Below are positions 58,592-64,000 of a DNA stretch of 64,000 bases, piece by piece. The position numbers and the translations under genes are program-made. The stretch is from Ignavibacteria bacterium (lineage in GTDB: Bacteria; Bacteroidota; Ignavibacteria; Ignavibacteriales; Ignavibacteriaceae): contig JAUXVN010000071.1 in the NCBI GenBank assembly GCA_030684555.1, positions 4,197 to 68,196 of the forward strand, written 5' to 3'. Within the stretch, counting starts at the first letter, position 1. Each line of letters begins with the position of its first letter. Below the pieces are notes generated by a model. It ran no database searches, was not told the DNA's origin, and saw nothing but the letters and a program-made list of their open reading frames with translations.

Positions 58592-61500
58592 ATGTTAAAT
58601 CTTTTCAAAAAGTTATTTGGCGATAAGCACGAAAAAGATATTGCGCCTTTAAGACCTATAGTTGTTGAAATAAACAAATATTTTGAAGAATGTAAAAATT
58701 TATCAGATGAACAGTTAAAACAAAAAACAGATTCCTTTAAAGAAATAATCCAAAACGGTACGGCTGAAATTAGAGGAAAAATTGACGAACTAAATACTGA
58801 ACTTCAATCCAATGAGGAGTTTGATCGTCAAGCCATCCACGACCAATTAGAAGAACTTGAAACAGAACTCCAGGCTAAATTTGAAGAAATCCTCGATGAA
58901 TTACTTCCGGAAGCATTCGCTGTAGTTAAAGATACCTGCCGACGGCTTGTGGGAACAAGTTGGACAGTCATGGGGCATAAGCAAAATTGGGATATGGTTC
59001 CATATGATACTCAGTTGATGGGAGGGGTTGTTCTTCATCAAGGAAAAATCGCAGAAATGGCAACGGGTGAAGGTAAAACGCTTGTAGCTACTTTGCCAAT
59101 GTATTTGAATGCGCTTACCGGTAGAGGTGTTCACCTTGTTACCGTAAATGATTATCTTGCTCAACGTGACTCAGAATGGATGGGGGAAATCTTTAAATTC
59201 CATGGTTTAACTGTTGGTGTAATTTTAAATACAATGAGTCCTGATCAACGTAAAGTTCAATATGCCTGTGACATTACATACGGTACAAATAATGAATTCG
59301 GTTTTGATTATTTACGTGATAATATGGCTGTTGACAAAGATCATCAAGTTCAGCGCCCTCACAATTATGCAATAGTGGATGAAGTCGATTCTGTACTTAT
59401 TGATGAGGCAAGAACACCGCTAATCATCTCCGGTGCAGTTGATGTAGATGATCAAAAGTTTGATGAAATGAAACCGAACATTGAAAGATTACACAGATTA
59501 CAAACAAATTTTGTAGCGAAAATTATTCAAGAGGCTGAAGAACTACTAACGAATTCAACTGACAAAAATGCCAGTTTTGAAGCCGGTAAATCACTTCTGC
59601 GCGCTTATCGCGGACTTCCTAAAAGCAAAAAACTTGCAAAAGTATTTTCAGAACCATCAAATAAAAAATTGATGCAAGAGGTTGAACTAGAGTTTCTTCG
59701 TGAAAAGGCTAAAAACATGTTTGTTATTGATGATGAACTTTATTTTGTAATCGATGAAAAAAATAATACTATCGATTTAACGGAAAAAGGTCGAGAAGAA
59801 CTCTCAAAGGGGAGCAGAGAAGATAAACACTATTTCGTTCTTCCTGATCTTGGTACAGAAATCAGTAAATTTGAAAATGATCCGAATCTAAGTTTGGAAG
59901 AAAAAATTGCAAAGAAAGATGCACTTTATCACGCTTACAGCGAACGAAGTGATAGAATTCACACACTTCATCAATTGTTAAAAGCGTATACTCTATTCGA
60001 AAAAGATGATGAATATGTTATTACCGAAGATGGTAAAATAGCCATCGTTGATGAATTTACAGGGCGTGTGCTTCCCGGTAGACGATACTCAGACGGCTTA
60101 CATCAAGCTATCGAAGCAAAAGAAAATGTTAAAGTTGAAAGGGATACTCAAACCTTAGCAACTATAACACTTCAAAATTATTTTCGAATGTATAATAAAC
60201 TCGCCGGTATGACCGGAACTGCTGAAACAGAAGAAGGTGAATTTTACCAAATTTATAAACTTGAAGTTGTTGTTGTTCCGACTAATAAACCCACTACTCG
60301 TGAAGATCAAGATGATGCAATCTTCAAAACTAAGCGTGAAAAATTTAACGCTGTAATTGAAAAGATTGAAGAATTACGTAAAGAAGGCAGACCCGTTTTA
60401 GTAGGAACTACTTCTGTTGAAGTTTCTGAAACTATTGCGCGAATGTTAAAGCGTAAGGGAATTCCTCACAATGTACTTAACGCGAAGCAGCATCAAAGGG
60501 AAGCAGAAGTTGTTTCGTCAGCCGGACAAATTGGAGCTGTTACAATCGCTACAAACATGGCGGGTCGAGGAACAGATATAAAACTTGGTGCAGGAGTACG
60601 CGAACGTGGTGGATTATATATTCTCGGAACAGAACGGCATGAATCCAGACGAATTGATAGACAGTTACGTGGTCGATCAGGACGACAAGGCGATCCGGGT
60701 ACAACCAAATTTTATCTCTGTCTTGAAGATGATCTTATGAGATTATTCGGCAGCGACCGAATTGCTTCGGTTATGGAACGAATGGGAATTCAAGAAGGAG
60801 AAGTAATTCAACATCCACTTATCACTAAATCAGTTGAACGTGCTCAGAAAAAAGTTGAGGAAAACAATTTTTCAATAAGAAAACGTTTGCTTGAGTATGA
60901 TAACGTTATGAATCAACAACGTGAAGTAATCTATTCAAGACGAAACCGCGCATTGCAAGGCGAAAGACTCAAAACCGAAGTTTTTGATAATCTCTCAGAA
61001 TTTGTTGAAGAAATTGTTGCTAAATCCTACGATGATGCTAACATAGAAAAAATCCACGAAGAAGTCCTTCATAATTTCTTGGTTGAAACAAAAATTAATC
61101 CGGATGAATTTGAAGCACTTGGTAAAGATGGAATTGCCGATAAAATAGAAGCGGAAGCAAAGGAATTCTATCGTAAAAAGGAAGAAATGCTTGGCTCGGA
61201 ATTAATGGCTGCATTAGAAAGATATTCAGTTCTCACTGTGATAGATCAAAAATGGAAAGAACATTTACGTGAAATGGATGATCTAAAGGAAGGAATCGGT
61301 TTAAGAGCGTATGGACAAAAAGATCCTTTGATAGAGTACAAAGGCGAAGCATATAATTTATTTATCAGCCTTCTTGACCAAATTAGAAATGAGACTGTAG
61401 CATCGGTATTTAAATTCTTTCCTCAAAATCCGAATGAAGTTCCGGAGCAGCGAAGGAGACCTTCGCGCGGAAGAATGATCGAAACCAAACAAAATACGGT

Positions 61501-61651
61501 TGGTATAGGAATGAGTAAAAATCCTGGACAAGGTGATCCCGCAACAGCCGGAAAGATTCAACCGGTTCGAGTTGAAGAAAAAGTTGGTAGAAATGATCCT
61601 TGCCCTTGTGGCAGCGGTAAAAAATACAAACAATGTCACGGTAAACTTTAA
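58592..61651 (+). CDS. secA: Preprotein translocase ATPase SecA
   Basis: [43 protein letters not shown], and the C-terminal zinc finger [14 protein letters not shown]. Confidence 0.96.
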   Translation: MLNLFKKLFGDKHEKDIAPLRPIVVEINKYFEECKNLSDEQLKQKTDSFKEIIQNGTAEIRGKIDELNTELQSNEEFDRQAIHDQLEELETELQAKFEEILDELLPEAFAVVKDTCRRLVGTSWTVMGHKQNWDMVPYDTQLMGGVVLHQGKIAEMATGEGKTLVATLPMYLNALTGRGVHLVTVNDYLAQRDSEWMGEIFKFHGLTVGVILNTMSPDQRKVQYACDITYGTNNEFGFDYLRDNMAVDKDHQVQRPHNYAIVDEVDSVLIDEARTPLIISGAVDVDDQKFDEMKPNIERLHRLQTNFVAKIIQEAEELLTNSTDKNASFEAGKSLLRAYRGLPKSKKLAKVFSEPSNKKLMQEVELEFLREKAKNMFVIDDELYFVIDEKNNTIDLTEKGREELSKGSREDKHYFVLPDLGTEISKFENDPNLSLEEKIAKKDALYHAYSERSDRIHTLHQLLKAYTLFEKDDEYVITEDGKIAIVDEFTGRVLPGRRYSDGLHQAIEAKENVKVERDTQTLATITLQNYFRMYNKLAGMTGTAETEEGEFYQIYKLEVVVVPTNKPTTREDQDDAIFKTKREKFNAVIEKIEELRKEGRPVLVGTTSVEVSETIARMLKRKGIPHNVLNAKQHQREAEVVSSAGQIGAVTIATNMAGRGTDIKLGAGVRERGGLYILGTERHESRRIDRQLRGRSGRQGDPGTTKFYLCLEDDLMRLFGSDRIASVMERMGIQEGEVIQHPLITKSVERAQKKVEENNFSIRKRLLEYDNVMNQQREVIYSRRNRALQGERLKTEVFDNLSEFVEEIVAKSYDDANIEKIHEEVLHNFLVETKINPDEFEALGKDGIADKIEAEAKEFYRKKEEMLGSELMAALERYSVLTVIDQKWKEHLREMDDLKEGIGLRAYGQKDPLIEYKGEAYNLFISLLDQIRNETVASVFKFFPQNPNEVPEQRRRPSRGRMIETKQNTVGIGMSKNPGQGDPATAGKIQPVRVEEKVGRNDPCPCGSGKKYKQCHGKL

Positions 61652-62005
<354 letters not shown>

Positions 62006-62037
62006 AAATATTTAACTATAATTCCATTTTGGTTAGA

Positions 62038-64000
62038 ATGAAAAAGAAATTATCAATTTTTATTTTATCGGTTTTTCTTTCTTCAATTATACTTTCCGGT
62101 TGTAATGTTTGGTATGATTTTACAACATATTTCAATGTCTATTATAATGCAAAGGATCTTTACGAGGAAGCTGAATTAGCTATTCTTGAACAGAGAAAAG
62201 ATATTTACAATATTAATGAACCAAGCATTCCGAATACTGCTAATCAAACACTTAATAAGGTGATTGAGAAGTCATCTAAAATTCTCCAATTCAATTCGGA
62301 AAGCTCTTTCGTAGATAACGCACTTTTTATGACCGGAAAAGCTTTCTACTATCAGAAACTTTTTCCTAGAGCACAGAGAAAATTTAATGAACTGATTTCA
62401 AAAGTGCCGGAGAGTAAGTTGGTTCCCGAAGCAGAATTGTGGATAGCAAGAACTCAAATCCAGCTCAGAAATTTTGATGCAGCTTTGGACCTTCTTTCTA
62501 AACTTAAAGAAAAAGCTCTTTCTAGTGAGAATAACGAATTGTTAAGTTTGATTTATGTTGAGGAAATTCGAGCTTATATAAAAAATGAGAGATATTCTGA
62601 AGCACTAAAAATTGCAAACGAATTGCTAACAATTGCAGATAATAGTGAAATCCTTTCGCAAACAGCGTATGAGATAGGTGAACTTAACTTTAGATTAAAT
62701 AATTTAAAGTCGGCTTCAGAAGCTTATCTCTTAGTAAAAAAACACTCACCATCATTCGATTATGAATTAAATAGTCAACTCAAATATGCTAAAATGATGC
62801 GGCTGTTAAAGGAAGATGAACAAGCGTTAAAAGTATTATCAGAGCTTCGCTCTGAGGATAAAAACAACTTGAGTTATGATGTAATAGATTTGGAAATCGG
62901 CTTAGCGTACAAGCAGTTGGAAAGATACAATGACGCATACGATAAATTTAAGTATATCGATACGGCTTTCAGTAACTCTGTAACTGCCGGACTTGCAAGG
63001 TATGAAATGGGCGAGATGTTTGAAATCGACATTTTTAATTATGATAGTGCATTCGTCTATTATCAAAAAGCTTCAACCTCAACATCAAATGTGGATTATG
63101 CACAAAAGATAAAAAACAAGAGTCAACTTTTTAATAAATATCGTACACTTGTTGGTAATCAACTAAGTTTTTCTAAGCAGCGTGAATATCTAATCGATAC
63201 TACTGCATTTGAAAGAGATTCAATTGAATTTGCAACGGAACAAGAAAGAATTTTAGAAGAAACCCAAAGCAATACTTCCCAATTCGGTGATGATGGAGGT
63301 AAAGGTACACAGACTTCACAAACTACTCTTCAAACAAGAACTGCTCCACAGAGACCAAATATTAGTGTAGATTCAATAGCTGTTCTCTATACGAAAAATA
63401 GTTTTGATCTTGGCAATTTATTCTTTACAGAATTTTTTGTTTATGATTCTGCTTATTACTACTATAAAACAGTAATAGATAATTATCCTAATTCTAAGAT
63501 TTATCCGGAAGCCCTTTACTCAATTGGTACTTATTATTTTTCAGTTGGTGATTCTGCGGTTGGTGACAGTATCTATCAATTCATTTATAATAATTATAGA
63601 AAACTCCCAATTGTTAATGCTGTTGCACATCAGTTGAATAAACCATTGATTGATCTCAATTTTGATCCCGCTCGCGATATTTATGCTTTAGCTGAAGATA
63701 AATTGACATTGAAAGATTATAAAGTTTCTTTAAATGAATTTTACAAAATCCATATAGAATTCCCAAAGTCTGATTATGCTCCAAAATCTTTGTATACTTC
63801 GGGATGGATACTTGAAGAAAAATTATCGTTGAAGGATTCTGCAGCATCTATTTATGATACTCTCGTAACAAAATATCCTCGTTCGCAGTATGCTGTTAAG
63901 GTAAATCCGAAATTAAGTTTTTATAAACAGGAAAAAACAAGAATCGAGAATCTTCGTCAGGATTCAATCAAAAAAACACTCGATAGTTTGCGTAGTATTG
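62038..64000 (+). CDS. TPR-repeat lipoprotein, 3' end outside the window (possibly PorW/SprE-like)
   Basis: I translated frame 1 by hand from ATG 62038 to base 64000 and found no stop. Starts MKKKLSIFILSVFLSSIILSGC (lipobox). TPR-like repeats throughout. Missing from the ORF track because no stop falls in the window. Confidence 0.75.
   Translation, partial: MKKKLSIFILSVFLSSIILSGCNVWYDFTTYFNVYYNAKDLYEEAELAILEQRKDIYNINEPSIPNTANQTLNKVIEKSSKILQFNSESSFVDNALFMTGKAFYYQKLFPRAQRKFNELISKVPESKLVPEAELWIARTQIQLRNFDAALDLLSKLKEKALSSENNELLSLIYVEEIRAYIKNERYSEALKIANELLTIADNSEILSQTAYEIGELNFRLNNLKSASEAYLLVKKHSPSFDYELNSQLKYAKMMRLLKEDEQALKVLSELRSEDKNNLSYDVIDLEIGLAYKQLERYNDAYDKFKYIDTAFSNSVTAGLARYEMGEMFEIDIFNYDSAFVYYQKASTSTSNVDYAQKIKNKSQLFNKYRTLVGNQLSFSKQREYLIDTTAFERDSIEFATEQERILEETQSNTSQFGDDGGKGTQTSQTTLQTRTAPQRPNISVDSIAVLYTKNSFDLGNLFFTEFFVYDSAYYYYKTVIDNYPNSKIYPEALYSIGTYYFSVGDSAVGDSIYQFIYNNYRKLPIVNAVAHQLNKPLIDLNFDPARDIYALAEDKLTLKDYKVSLNEFYKIHIEFPKSDYAPKSLYTSGWILEEKLSLKDSAASIYDTLVTKYPRSQYAVKVNPKLSFYKQEKTRIENLRQDSIKKTLDSLRSI

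Overview
AT-rich (about one-third G+C by eye) chromosomal segment, probably from an FCB-group bacterium (Ignavibacteria/Bacteroidota-like). That placement is inference from a T9SS-type C-terminal sorting domain, a b558-type SdhCAB operon, a TonB receptor with a CarboxypepD_reg domain, and DUF2723/DUF4837 genes. From about 15 kb to the end the window is ordinary housekeeping: rsgA, sdhCAB, obg, secG, dacB, rpsU, greA, ribD-ribE, tilS-hpt-ftsH, glnE, secA, glnB, plus six tRNAs. The accessory part is about 0.7-14.9 kb, directly downstream of nuoF and a tRNA-Glu. It holds a structured ~74-bp tandem repeat array, two stand-alone predicted nucleases (Zn-ribbon + PD-(D/E)XK; unknown N-domain + GIY-YIG) bounded by recurring attC-like motifs, and a six-gene type I R-M operon (hsdM-fic-hsdS-DUF3800-orf-hsdR). 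The most unusual feature is hsdR. Its 1337-codon frame stays open through three in-frame insertions: a 57-nt GC-rich palindrome, a YhbQ-like GIY-YIG nuclease module, and a DUF559/Vsr-like nuclease module flanked by G-rich hairpins. No integrase, transposase, CRISPR array or prophage genes were seen. All calls rest on motif recognition by eye; no database search was run.
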